In this document: piece after piece, positions 49,992 to 59,801 of the stretch
How positions within the stretch are numbered: the stretch's first letter is position 1
Layout: each line of letters opens with the position of its first letter
Assembly (NCBI GenBank): GCA_051117555.1
Contig: JBNPEG010000084.1
Span: 1-64,000 of the forward strand
Length of the DNA: 64,000 nucleotides
Reading direction: 5' to 3'
DNA from: Elainellaceae cyanobacterium
GTDB lineage: Bacteria; Cyanobacteriota; Cyanobacteriia; CAZCXK01
Position numbers and translations under genes: made by a program
Notes under the pieces: model-generated
The model's input: only the letters and a program-made list of their open reading frames with translations
What the model was told of the DNA's origin: nothing
Database searches by the model: none

Positions 49992-52900
49992 ATGTCTGAT
50001 ATTAAAACTCGCATTGCCACATTCAAGAGGGTTATCTCTATGAACAGACTGATGCGTAGATGCTTTGCAATTTCAAGCTGTGTGCTCATCTTTTCTGGTG
50101 TAACTCCAGCTTGGTATTTATTGAGTTCTAGCCAAGCTATTGCACAAGAGTTATCTAATACGGAGAGAAGTGAAGAGGGCGATCGCTTTTTTGAGCGAGG
50201 TTTGCAAGAATTTGAGGCTGGTCAATTTTCAAATGCAATGGAGTCTCTTGAGCAAGCACTTGCAATCTATCGAGAAATTGGCGATCGTTCTGTGAAAGCA
50301 GAAACACTTGATGCTATGGGAGAGATTTATCGTCAAGTAGGTCAGTATTTTCAAGCGTTAGCATTTCATGAGCAAGCCTTGGAAATCTTCGAAGATTTAG
50401 ACAATTCTCTTGGACAAGCATCTGCGCTAAGTAACATCGGGCTTGCACAGTTTAGAGTTAATCAATTTAATGACGCTTTAGAATCCCTAAGGCTAGCTCT
50501 AGAAATTCACAGGGAACTTGGAAATTTTTATCAAGAAGCTGAAACTCTCACGAATATAGGTGTTATACAACGACAATTGAGCCAATACACGCAGGCATTA
50601 GAAGCACATGAGCAAGCACTACAGATCTTTAGGGAAAACAATAATTCACTTGAACAAGCATATTCACTGAACAATATTGGGCTTGTACAGCAGCATATAG
50701 GAAATTATGCGATCGCCTTAACATATTTTGAACAGTCTTTAGAAATTTTTAGCGAAGTTGATAGTATCGAAGGTCAACAAACTACGCTAAGCAACATCGG
50801 AGTTGTTTATCAAAGTTTAGGACAATATACAGAAGCTCTTTCGTTCCTACAACGGAGTCAAGCTTTTGCTCAGATGTCTGACCCATTCTCTAGTAGGAGT
50901 GTGCTTCTAAATATGGGTAGTATATATAGAAGTATGGGTCAATGTCCTCAGGCATTAGAAGCCTATCAACAGGCACTAACAATTACTACAGAAATAGGCG
51001 ATCGATCTTCAGAGGGTCGCATATTATCAAATATTGGTGCAATCTATGATTGTTTAGGCGATTATTCAAATGCATTAGATTCGTATGAACAAGCCTTAGC
51101 TATTAGCAGCGAAACAGGTGACCGTGTTAGTGAAGGAGTCATTGCTAATAATATTGGCACTATTTATCTTAATCTCAAAGATTTCTCCATAGCACTAAAT
51201 TATTTCCGTCAGTCTTTGTCAACTGCAAAAGGGATTGGAGATCAATATGGTGAAGCTATCATACTCAACAACATTGGAGATGCCTATCTCGGATTAAATG
51301 AATATAGTCGAGCACTGAACTATCATAGCCAAGCATTATCTATTCGAAATCGAATAGGAGATCGATACGGAATCGCGCAGACACTTTACAGCATTGGCTT
51401 AAGTTTAGAAGCACAAGAAAATACAGAGCTTGCAATCATATTTCTTAAACGCTCAGTAAACACCTGGGAATCGATCAGAAAAGACTTAACCTCTTTATCA
51501 GTAGAGCAGCAGAAATCTTTTACCGATAGCGTCGCGGGTGCCTATCGCCGCCTTGCCGATATTCTTCTAGCGACAAATAGAATTTTAGAGGCACAGCAAG
51601 TTCTAGATTTGCTTAAAGTTCAAGAGCTTGATGACTATCTGCGAGGCGTTCGCGGAAATGCGGTAACTGCTAGCGGCATTGAGTTTTGGCAACCTGAACA
51701 AGAAATCTTAGAACGCTTCAACGCTCAACAACAGCAAGCCATAGAACTAGGCCAAGAACTCACCGAACTGCGGCAAATCCCAGAAGACGATCGCACACCT
51801 ACCCAACAACAACGCATCGACGAACTCGTGCGCATAGAAGAAGACCTCAATCGTCAGTTCAACGACTTCATCGACAGCGACGAAATTCTCGATCTCGTCA
51901 GCCAGCTCAACGTCACTACCCAACGACAAACTCTCAATCTTGAAGATGTCGCCCGCTTGCGAGACGACCTGCGTCAACTCAATGCCGTCCTACTCTATCC
52001 CCTCATCCTCGACGATCGCCTCGAACTCGTCATCACGACACCCGACTCTCCTCCCCTACGTCGTACCGTCGAAGTCAGCCGTGAAGAGTTCAACCAAACC
52101 ATCCTCGACTTCCGACAAGCTCTCGAAGATCCCCGCAGTGATGCGATCGCCCCAGCTCACCAACTCTACCAGTGGCTCATCGAACCCCTGGAAGCCGACC
52201 TCGCCAGTGCCGACATCGACACCATCCTCTACGCCCCCGATGGCCAGTTGCGCTACATCCCCCTGGCCGCCCTGCACGATGGCGATCGCTACCTCGTCGA
52301 GCGCTACGCCATCAACAACATCACTGCGCGATCGCTCACCGACCTGGATGCTCAACCCGACGCCACTCCCCGCGTCCTGGCCGGAGCCTTCGCTGACCAA
52401 ATCCTCAGCTATCCGGTGCAGGTGGGCCAGCGCAGCGTGGACTTTCGCGGCTTACCCTTTGCCGGTATCGAAGTCGAAACCCTGGTGGCCACCCTGCCCA
52501 ACGCTACCTCCTTCCTCGACCAGAACTTCAGCCTGGAAGCGGTGCGATCGCGCCTCAACGAATACGACATCCTCCACTTTGCCACCCACGCGGCCTTTGT
52601 CCCCGGTATTCCCGAAGACTCCTTCATCCTGTTCGGCAATGGCGATCGCCCCACCCTTGCAGATATTCGTGACTGGTCCTTGCAAAACGTAGATTTAGTG
52701 GTGCTAAGCGCGTGTGAAACAGGGTTAGGGGGGTTCGGCAATGGGGAAGAGATTTTAGGATTGGGCTACCAGTTTCAGCGGGCAGGGGCACGAGCGGCGA
52801 TCGCTTCTCTTTGGCCAGTCAACGACGGCGGCACTCAGGTGCTGATGGATGCGTTCTATGCGGCTCTGCGAAACGGCTATTCTAAAGCAGAAGCACTGCA

Positions 52901-53075
52901 ACGAGCACAGATTGCTCTGATTACTCGTGATGAAACCGTGCTGGAACTAGAGGGCGATCGCGGCATCGAAGTAGAAATCATGGACACTCATACTGGGCAG
53001 CCCCTCTCCCAAAGCAGCAGCCTGACCCATCCCTACTACTGGGCACCGTTTATTCTCATTGGCAATGGGTTGTAA
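49992..53075 (+). CDS. Secreted TPR + CHAT protease (start may be ATG 50040)
   Basis: Divergent TPRs; HFATHA and SACETG; HPYYWAPFILIGNGL. Confidence 0.95.
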   Translation: MSDIKTRIATFKRVISMNRLMRRCFAISSCVLIFSGVTPAWYLLSSSQAIAQELSNTERSEEGDRFFERGLQEFEAGQFSNAMESLEQALAIYREIGDRSVKAETLDAMGEIYRQVGQYFQALAFHEQALEIFEDLDNSLGQASALSNIGLAQFRVNQFNDALESLRLALEIHRELGNFYQEAETLTNIGVIQRQLSQYTQALEAHEQALQIFRENNNSLEQAYSLNNIGLVQQHIGNYAIALTYFEQSLEIFSEVDSIEGQQTTLSNIGVVYQSLGQYTEALSFLQRSQAFAQMSDPFSSRSVLLNMGSIYRSMGQCPQALEAYQQALTITTEIGDRSSEGRILSNIGAIYDCLGDYSNALDSYEQALAISSETGDRVSEGVIANNIGTIYLNLKDFSIALNYFRQSLSTAKGIGDQYGEAIILNNIGDAYLGLNEYSRALNYHSQALSIRNRIGDRYGIAQTLYSIGLSLEAQENTELAIIFLKRSVNTWESIRKDLTSLSVEQQKSFTDSVAGAYRRLADILLATNRILEAQQVLDLLKVQELDDYLRGVRGNAVTASGIEFWQPEQEILERFNAQQQQAIELGQELTELRQIPEDDRTPTQQQRIDELVRIEEDLNRQFNDFIDSDEILDLVSQLNVTTQRQTLNLEDVARLRDDLRQLNAVLLYPLILDDRLELVITTPDSPPLRRTVEVSREEFNQTILDFRQALEDPRSDAIAPAHQLYQWLIEPLEADLASADIDTILYAPDGQLRYIPLAALHDGDRYLVERYAINNITARSLTDLDAQPDATPRVLAGAFADQILSYPVQVGQRSVDFRGLPFAGIEVETLVATLPNATSFLDQNFSLEAVRSRLNEYDILHFATHAAFVPGIPEDSFILFGNGDRPTLADIRDWSLQNVDLVVLSACETGLGGFGNGEEILGLGYQFQRAGARAAIASLWPVNDGGTQVLMDAFYAALRNGYSKAEALQRAQIALITRDETVLELEGDRGIEVEIMDTHTGQPLSQSSSLTHPYYWAPFILIGNGL

Positions 53076-53127
53076 AGGTCAGAAGAAATCTGACACTAGC
53101 AATCACTAACCTAAATTAGAAGTAAGT

Positions 53128-53172
53128 GGCGATCGCCCTTTCTAGCTTCAACGTGTAGAAAGAGCGATCGCT
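53128..53172. terminator. Hairpin closed by two HIP1 sites downstream of the CHAT gene
   Basis: gcgatcgccctttcta...tagaaagagcgatcgc. Confidence 0.45.
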
Positions 53173-53441
53173 AACATTGCAGTTTTCTACACCATTGATG
53201 ACCGAATACTGCTATATGCCCTTCTAGTGTTAGCAGTAGATCTGGCATGAAATACTCATGATCTGATTCGTTGCTTTCTCTATTATTTGGACTATGGTCT
53301 TACGCTCTCGCGTTAGGACGCTGAACGTCTATTGAACCCGCGCGGGGTCTACACACAAACCTAAGCCCATAGATCTATGTCAGCACTCATGGGGATAAAC
53401 ACTGTATTGAGAGCGACTGCACACAATTGTTATGAAGTAAA

Positions 53442-53469
53442 TTCCATATCTGCTTCATGCCTAGAGATA
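53442..53469 (+). promoter_or_regulatory. Motif A upstream of 53512
   Basis: TTCCATA tctgcttcatgccta GAGATA. Confidence 0.75.
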
Positions 53470-53511
53470 AGTCTGGATAGAAGTTCCAATTACTCATAAG
53501 GAAAGACCACC

Positions 53512-54048
53512 ATGCAACGTTTTTTAAGTCTTACTGCCCTAGCTGCAACCGTTGTCTTTGCTATCTCTTTGAAGCTTCCTTTGACACATGTTTCCTTGGC
53601 TCAAGTATCACCCGAACAAGCCACACCCGAACAATCCCCTGATCCTCGTATTGGAGAGGCATTGGAAGCATTGAATTTAAGCTACGAAATAGAAGACGAT
53701 GGCGCCTATCGAGTCGGCCTTCAATTCAATGATGGTCGAACTCAAACCGCTTGGATTAGCTCTCGCACTAACGTCATCGGCCCGTTTGAGATTCGGAAAA
53801 TTATATCTCCAGCATATCGGTCAGACGAGGAACTTTCATCCGAAGTTGCCAATATGCTGCTTCAAGATACTGCTCGTAAGAAGTTAGGGGCATGGCAAAC
53901 ATTCAGCAGAGAACAGACTCACGTTGCCGTATTTACTGCCCAGATCAATGCAGATAGCAGCGCAGAAGAATTGGGAGTCGCGCTCTCCGTGGTTTTGCAA
54001 TCTGCTGACCAAATGGAAGAAGAATTGACCAATGGCGATCGCTTTTAA
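53512..54048 (+). CDS. Secreted protein with YbjN/T3SS-chaperone-like fold
   Basis: Signal peptide; YEIEDDGAY...GRTQ...LGAW...ADQMEEELTNGDRF. Confidence 0.6.
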   Translation: MQRFLSLTALAATVVFAISLKLPLTHVSLAQVSPEQATPEQSPDPRIGEALEALNLSYEIEDDGAYRVGLQFNDGRTQTAWISSRTNVIGPFEIRKIISPAYRSDEELSSEVANMLLQDTARKKLGAWQTFSREQTHVAVFTAQINADSSAEELGVALSVVLQSADQMEEELTNGDRF

Positions 54049-54131
54049 TCTGGAGAGAATATAATTTCAGTGCGGTTATCGCTGTGCTGACCCCTAGGTG
54101 CCGACATGCTAAATCGCTAAATCTGGAAATT

Positions 54132-54159
54132 TTCCATATCTGTGTATCTACCAGAGATA
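54132..54159 (+). promoter_or_regulatory. Motif A upstream of TPR gene 54200
   Basis: TTCCATA tctgtgtatctacca GAGATA. Confidence 0.75.
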
Positions 54160-54199
54160 AGCATAATTGACACAAGATCAGGATGAGAGAGGTTGAGCA

Positions 54200-54952
54200 A
54201 TGCTACTCCCGATGTTTGCTTTTAAGACAGATTCGACTACGTTATTGACTGTTAGCCTCAATTCGACGTCTGCTCAAACTGGAGAATATTTCAGTAGACT
54301 TGGGGCTGCCTATCGTCAGGCTGGAAAATTTTCAGAGGCAATTCAACACTATGAACGTGCATTAAAATTTTTCAGTGCAACAAACAACAATGTCGGGGTT
54401 GGGCGAAGTCTGAACAATTTAGGTGTTTTATATGGTCAGCTTGGAGAGCCAGACCGTGAACATCATCTTTGTCAAATCGCAATCGGTATTTTAGAGGATT
54501 CTCAAGACCAAGAAGGTCGAGCGATCGCCCTCTACAACGCGGGAGTCGCATCTTGTAAACTCAATCAGCATCAACAGGCAAGGCTTTACTTTGAGAAAGC
54601 TTTGCCTGTCTGGGTCGCAACTGGAATATATGCAAAAGAGGCAGCAACGCTCGGTCGTTTGGCTAAAATCTATGATTGTCTTGGCAACTCGACCAGTGCG
54701 CTATGTTGTTATCAGGAAGCGGCGTTCATCTATAAGGAATTGGGCGATCGCTATCGTGAAGCCTTTATACTTCGGGCAATGGCGGATATCTATCGAGACA
54801 GTAGTCTGCACTATTCTGCGATTGACTGTTATGAGCGATCGATCAGGTTGTTTCAGAAGACGGGACATATATCGGAGGCTGGACAGATCGTAAACCAGTT
54901 GGAGAAGGTGCGCCAGACGTTGGGAGATGCATGTATTGAATTTTCTCATTGA
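54200..54952 (+). CDS. Stand-alone TPR protein
   Basis: About 5 TPRs (SLNNLGVLY, ALYNAG); no CHAT domain and no clear signal peptide. Confidence 0.85.
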   Translation: MLLPMFAFKTDSTTLLTVSLNSTSAQTGEYFSRLGAAYRQAGKFSEAIQHYERALKFFSATNNNVGVGRSLNNLGVLYGQLGEPDREHHLCQIAIGILEDSQDQEGRAIALYNAGVASCKLNQHQQARLYFEKALPVWVATGIYAKEAATLGRLAKIYDCLGNSTSALCCYQEAAFIYKELGDRYREAFILRAMADIYRDSSLHYSAIDCYERSIRLFQKTGHISEAGQIVNQLEKVRQTLGDACIEFSH

Positions 54953-55162
54953 ATCGGCTGGCGATCGCCCTTAAAACAGCGTTCTATGTCTCGTTTGATG
55001 GGCGATCGCCACCCAACAATCAACATCCACCGTAGGGGCAAATCGTGATTTGCCCAGTGCAACAGGTGAGTGTTTCTCTACAATCAAGGGCTCGACACAG
55101 AAGCCGGGGATCTAAATCGTCACATAAACCTCTGATGAGCAATCCCTAAAGTTTTCTTCAAA

Positions 55163-55192
55163 TTCCATACTGTCTTCTTACTCATGGAGATA
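55163..55192 (+). promoter_or_regulatory. Motif A with aberrant 17-bp spacer, in front of a gene stub
   Basis: TTCCATA ctgtcttcttactcatg GAGATA; region ~55096-55240 is a diverged copy of ~34756-34900. Confidence 0.55.
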
Positions 55193-55226
55193 TATTGATG
55201 TCGGTCATCATCCCCTCGGAGAATTT

Positions 55227-55358
55227 ATGCGTCCCCATCGCTTTCTCAGCTCGGTGATATCTACGGTTCTGCTGGCGCTTATTATTCCACCATCTTCTCA
55301 CGATGTTTACGGCATAGCATCGCATTGGCATGACCTTGCCGTAGGCAAACCGTGCTGA
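55227..55358 (+). pseudogene. Signal-peptide stub paralogous to the N-terminus of CHAT gene 33589
   Basis: MRPHRFLSSVISTVLLALIIPPS versus MRSHRLLGLLTSTVLLSLIVPSP; same leader tgtcggtcat...ggagaatttatg. Confidence 0.7.
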
Positions 55359-55372
55359 ATACTCACATCTTT

Positions 55373-55400
55373 TTCCATACCTCTCTTTGGCTCAGAGATA
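55373..55400 (+). promoter_or_regulatory. Motif A upstream of CHAT gene 55442
   Basis: TTCCATA cctctctttggctca GAGATA. Confidence 0.75.
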
Positions 55401-55441
55401 GTTATTGATAGCCCATCCATCGTGAATCTGGAGATTGCTCC

Positions 55442-58400
55442 ATGCGCCCCTGGTCGAATCGCCCTAAAGCTCCGTATTCGAAACTCTTAACTTTTCCTCT
55501 CTTGCCGTTCACTGTTTTACTGATTTGCGCTTCTCCCCTACTCCCCCTCTCCATAACCCTCCCTCCCGCTGCTGCTCAAGAAGCCCCTCCTGAAGATCGC
55601 TTAAATGAAGCCGATCGCCTCTTGCAGCAGGGCATTCAGCAATATCAAGTCAGCCAGTTTCGCGAAGCGTTGCAATCCTGGCAGCAAGCGCTGGAGATTT
55701 ATCGAGAACCAGGTATTCAAGCGGCGTTTCCCCAGCGGAGTCGCCAAGGGGAGGGAGTCATCCTGGGCAATTTGGGTGCCGCATACCTGGGTATAGGTAA
55801 CTACCAACAAGCCATTGACTTTTTTGAGCAACGTCTTGCCATTGCTCGCGAAATTGGCGATCGCGCTGGGGAAGGTAGAGCCATAGGCAATTTGGGTGCT
55901 GCATACCTCGAGATAGGTAACTATCAGCGAGCCATTGACTTCTCTGAGCAACATCTTGCCATTGCTCGCGAGATTGGCGATTCTCCAGAAGAGAGGCTTC
56001 GCCAACGCGCCGAGGAAGGTGGAGCTATAGGCAATTTGGGTGCTGCATACCTCGGTATAGGTAACTACCAACAGGCCATTGACTACTCTGAGCAAAGCCT
56101 TATCATTGCTCGCGAGATTGGCGATCGCGCTGGGGAAGGTCATACTCTAGGCAATTTGGGTGTTGCGTACCTCCGTATAGGTAACTACCAACAAGCCATC
56201 GACTACTCTGAGCAACATCTTACCATTGCTCGCGAGATTGGCGATCGCGCCGAGGAAGGTAGAGCCCTAGGCAATCTGGGTGCTGCATACTGGAGTCTGG
56301 GTCAATATCAGCGAGCCATTGACTTCCCTGAGCAACATCTTACCATTGCTCGCGAAATTGGCGATCGCGCTGGGGAAGGTAGAGCCATAGGCAATTTGGG
56401 CATTGCTTACTTTAGTCTGGGTGACTATCAGCAAGGCATTAACTTCTTTGAGCAACGTCTTGCCATTGCTCAAGAAATTGGCGATCGTGCCGGGGAAGGA
56501 AAAGCCCTAGGCAATTTGGGCCTTGCTTACTTTAGTCTGGGTGACTATCAGCAAGGCATTAACTTCTTTGAGCAAAGCCTTGCCATTGCTCGCGAGATTG
56601 GCGATCGTGCTGGGGAAGGAACCTCCCTAGGCAATTTGGGCCTTGCTTACTTTAGTCTGGGTGACTATCAGCAAGGCATTAACTTCTTTGAGCAACGTCT
56701 TGCCATTGCTCAAGAAATTGGCGATCGTGCCGGGGAAGGAAAAGCCCTAGGCAATTTGGGCCTTGCTTACTTTAGTCTGGGTGACTATCAGCAAGGCATT
56801 AACTTCTTTGAGCAAAGCCTTGCCATTGCTCAAGAGATTGGCGATCGCCAAATGGAAGGAACCGCCCTAGGCAATTTAGGCAATGCTTATCGGGACATGG
56901 GAGACTATCAGCAAGCCATTGACTTCTCTGAGCAAAGCCTTGCCATTGCCCGCGAAATTGGCGATCGCGCTGGCGAGAGGATAGATCTCAACAACATAGG
57001 TGTCTTGTGGGAAGAGCAAAATCAGCCAGAATTAGCCATTGCCTTTCTCAAACAGTCAGTAAATGTGAGCGAGTCAATTCGCGGTCGCATTCGTAGGCTT
57101 GATCAAGACCTCCAGCAATCGTATACCGACACTGTCGCTGACACCTATCGTCGTCTTGCTAATCTGCTATTAGCCAGAGGAGATATTCTAGAAGCGCAGC
57201 AGGTTCTAGAACTGCTGAAAATTCAAGAACTGCAAGAATATACGCGGGGGCGTGTGACCAATCTTGAAACCCGCGAGTATGAACTAAGCGAAACCGAAAA
57301 AGCAGTTGTGGATACCTATGGCAGTCTTGCAGAACTGGGGCTAGCCGCTGAGCAATGCAAAGATTCTCCCGACTGTAGTGATGCAGAATGGGCAACTCTC
57401 AACAATCAGCTTGATGCTCTCGCTATTGAGTATGAGGAAGCTGTTGATGCTCTGGAGGCAGAAGTGCAGGCGCGACGTAATCAAGACCGGGAACGTCTGC
57501 ATCCTGATAAATTTGTTGGTGCTGCCGCCAACATCATAGAAGCACAACCGGGAACTGTCCTGATTTATCCAGTTGTTCTAGACGACAAACTGTGGATATT
57601 GTGGGGTTCCGAAGGAGGAGTTGCAAACTCTATTGAAGTACCCATCACGATGCAAGAAATCGGTGACGCTGTGTTGCGATTTCGCCGACTTATGACTCAG
57701 TGTGAACATGGTCGCTGTAGCGATGTCGCTGATATTCAAGCGGTGTCACAAGAACTCTACAACTATCTGTTTCCTCAACAGCTCGAAGATGAACTGCAAG
57801 CAATTCGTGAAACGCTCCCAGATGGGCAGGTTCCTAATCTGGTCTTTGCTCTCGATCGCGTCACGCGCTACATTCCGATGGCAGCCCTGTTTGACGGCGA
57901 GCAGTATTTGATCGAGAACTATACGGTGTCGACCATTCTCTCGGCTGAACAGACCCAGTTTGATAATCCTTTACCCCAAAATATCGATCGCACGTCTGTC
58001 TTAGCACTAGGGCTTTCCAATCCCGTTCCTGAACACGGTTTCCCTTATGCCCTGGTGAATGTTCCAACGGAGTTGGATGCTATTGTCCAGCAAACTGCTA
58101 CAGAATCACTCGGAATCTATTCGGGAGAGCAACTTCTCAATGAAGCATTTGACTCATCTGCATTTCGTCAATTGCGAAATGGTCAGCAAGTTCTCCACAT
58201 TGCCACCCACGGTGTCTTTGCGCCCAATGTGCATGACCTGTCCTATCTGATGCTGGGCACAGGTGAACCAATGTACATCAGTGAGCTAGAAAGCGCTAAA
58301 CGACATTTCACCGATTTGAGTCTGGTAGTTCTCTCTGCTTGTCAAACAGCACTGGCAGACACGGATCAAAGCGGATTGGAGATTGCTAGCATTGCAAATA

Positions 58401-58732
58401 CTTTTATTGATGCCCAAGTTGATACGGTTGTCGCGTCGCTTTGGCTCGTAAACGATGAGAGCACTAGTCTACTAATGGAAGAGTTCTATCGCAACCTTTC
58501 CCAGGGGACAGAAGCTGCACCGATTACCATTTCTCAAGCCCTTCGAGAAGCGCAACTAAGCTTAATTCGAGGAGCAGCAGAGAGCGATCGCGCTACTAAT
58601 CGAGGCATTGAATTAGAACCCATTTCAGATGCTGGCAGTAGTGAAGGGCGATCGCCTTCTCAATCATCCCAAACTCGCTTCGGTCATCCTTACTACTGGT
58701 CGCCCTTTATCATCATCGGCAACGGTCTCTGA
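55442..58732 (+). CDS. Secreted TPR + CHAT protease
   Basis: GNLG-type TPRs; HIATHG and SACQTA; HPYYWSPFIIIGNGL. Confidence 0.95.
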   Translation: MRPWSNRPKAPYSKLLTFPLLPFTVLLICASPLLPLSITLPPAAAQEAPPEDRLNEADRLLQQGIQQYQVSQFREALQSWQQALEIYREPGIQAAFPQRSRQGEGVILGNLGAAYLGIGNYQQAIDFFEQRLAIAREIGDRAGEGRAIGNLGAAYLEIGNYQRAIDFSEQHLAIAREIGDSPEERLRQRAEEGGAIGNLGAAYLGIGNYQQAIDYSEQSLIIAREIGDRAGEGHTLGNLGVAYLRIGNYQQAIDYSEQHLTIAREIGDRAEEGRALGNLGAAYWSLGQYQRAIDFPEQHLTIAREIGDRAGEGRAIGNLGIAYFSLGDYQQGINFFEQRLAIAQEIGDRAGEGKALGNLGLAYFSLGDYQQGINFFEQSLAIAREIGDRAGEGTSLGNLGLAYFSLGDYQQGINFFEQRLAIAQEIGDRAGEGKALGNLGLAYFSLGDYQQGINFFEQSLAIAQEIGDRQMEGTALGNLGNAYRDMGDYQQAIDFSEQSLAIAREIGDRAGERIDLNNIGVLWEEQNQPELAIAFLKQSVNVSESIRGRIRRLDQDLQQSYTDTVADTYRRLANLLLARGDILEAQQVLELLKIQELQEYTRGRVTNLETREYELSETEKAVVDTYGSLAELGLAAEQCKDSPDCSDAEWATLNNQLDALAIEYEEAVDALEAEVQARRNQDRERLHPDKFVGAAANIIEAQPGTVLIYPVVLDDKLWILWGSEGGVANSIEVPITMQEIGDAVLRFRRLMTQCEHGRCSDVADIQAVSQELYNYLFPQQLEDELQAIRETLPDGQVPNLVFALDRVTRYIPMAALFDGEQYLIENYTVSTILSAEQTQFDNPLPQNIDRTSVLALGLSNPVPEHGFPYALVNVPTELDAIVQQTATESLGIYSGEQLLNEAFDSSAFRQLRNGQQVLHIATHGVFAPNVHDLSYLMLGTGEPMYISELESAKRHFTDLSLVVLSACQTALADTDQSGLEIASIANTFIDAQVDTVVASLWLVNDESTSLLMEEFYRNLSQGTEAAPITISQALREAQLSLIRGAAESDRATNRGIELEPISDAGSSEGRSPSQSSQTRFGHPYYWSPFIIIGNGL

Positions 58733-58796
58733 CAAACCACAGTCAATAAGTCGCTGTATAAATCTATATCGTTTATCGAGGATTTGAGAGAGTGCG

Positions 58797-59753
58797 ATGA
58801 AAACCAACATCACCAAGAGATTTGTCCTACCATTTCTTGCAGGGTTACTCGGCATTTGGATATTCAGTAGTTTCCTTCCAAAGGTTTCAATCGTATCGGC
58901 TCAAACAGATCCTAAGACTCGCTCGGAGATTATACCCATCACTGTGATTCACGATATTTCAACTGCCGAGCTTGACATCGAGCCTGAATCATTTATTCCG
59001 CCAGGCGTAGATCTATCGCTTCAGCCTACTGAGGGAGGACGCGGCATCATCAGCAATGACGATCGGGTTTTGATGACCAGCGATCAATTTCCCTGGTCAA
59101 CGGTGGGGCGAGTCGAGGGAATGAAAGCCGATGGCGATCGGTTCAATCGCTGCACAGGCACCCTCATTGGTATGAATCTTGTTTTAACGAATGCTCACTG
59201 CGTCGTTGATGAATCTACCCACGAAGTCAATTATGCAATGTGGTTTCAGCCCAATTTAGTCAATGGTCAGTTACAAGACGCATCTGACGAAGCAGCAGTA
59301 GTCACAGTGGCGTATGGAACAGATTTTCGTAACTCGGCAACCTCTCACATCAATGATTGGGCATTACTCTGGCTTGATCGACCGCTCGGCGAAACCTATG
59401 GAACAATAGGATGGCGATCGCCATCACTCTCCTTCTTCCAGGAAAACGTGGAGACGCTCATCATGGTTGGATATTCGGGCGATTTCCCGACAGATAACCC
59501 TGGCGAAACGGCTGCTGCCCATATCGGATGCAGCATTTTAGATGAGAGCAACGGTATCTTTTTCCACGACTGCGATAGCACGAATGGTGCCTCTGGCGGT
59601 CCCATTTTTGCTGAGGTCGATGGCAGTGTTTACTTAGTTGCGCTCCATGCTGGAGCTAGACATCATCCGGATACGAATGAAATCACAGCTAACTATGCTG
59701 TCAAAATGGCTTGGCTAGCAGATCAGTTCAACATTATTTCTGAAAGAGAGTAA
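58797..59753 (+). CDS. Secreted trypsin-like (S1, V8/glutamyl endopeptidase-like) serine protease
   Basis: CTGTLIG...TNAHC, NDWALL, GASGGP. Confidence 0.92.
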   Translation: MKTNITKRFVLPFLAGLLGIWIFSSFLPKVSIVSAQTDPKTRSEIIPITVIHDISTAELDIEPESFIPPGVDLSLQPTEGGRGIISNDDRVLMTSDQFPWSTVGRVEGMKADGDRFNRCTGTLIGMNLVLTNAHCVVDESTHEVNYAMWFQPNLVNGQLQDASDEAAVVTVAYGTDFRNSATSHINDWALLWLDRPLGETYGTIGWRSPSLSFFQENVETLIMVGYSGDFPTDNPGETAAAHIGCSILDESNGIFFHDCDSTNGASGGPIFAEVDGSVYLVALHAGARHHPDTNEITANYAVKMAWLADQFNIISERE

Positions 59754-59801
59754 TTTGGTTTCGGTGCAATCTACTGCTCTTGTTCAAGGGAGCTTTGTCT
59801 T

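Noticed and set aside
44379..52961. Diversity-generating retroelement (TR/VR pair) explaining the duplicated CHAT 3' tract
   Set aside because: The copies are identical with no adenine-specific mismatches, both are coding, and no reverse transcriptase is in the window.
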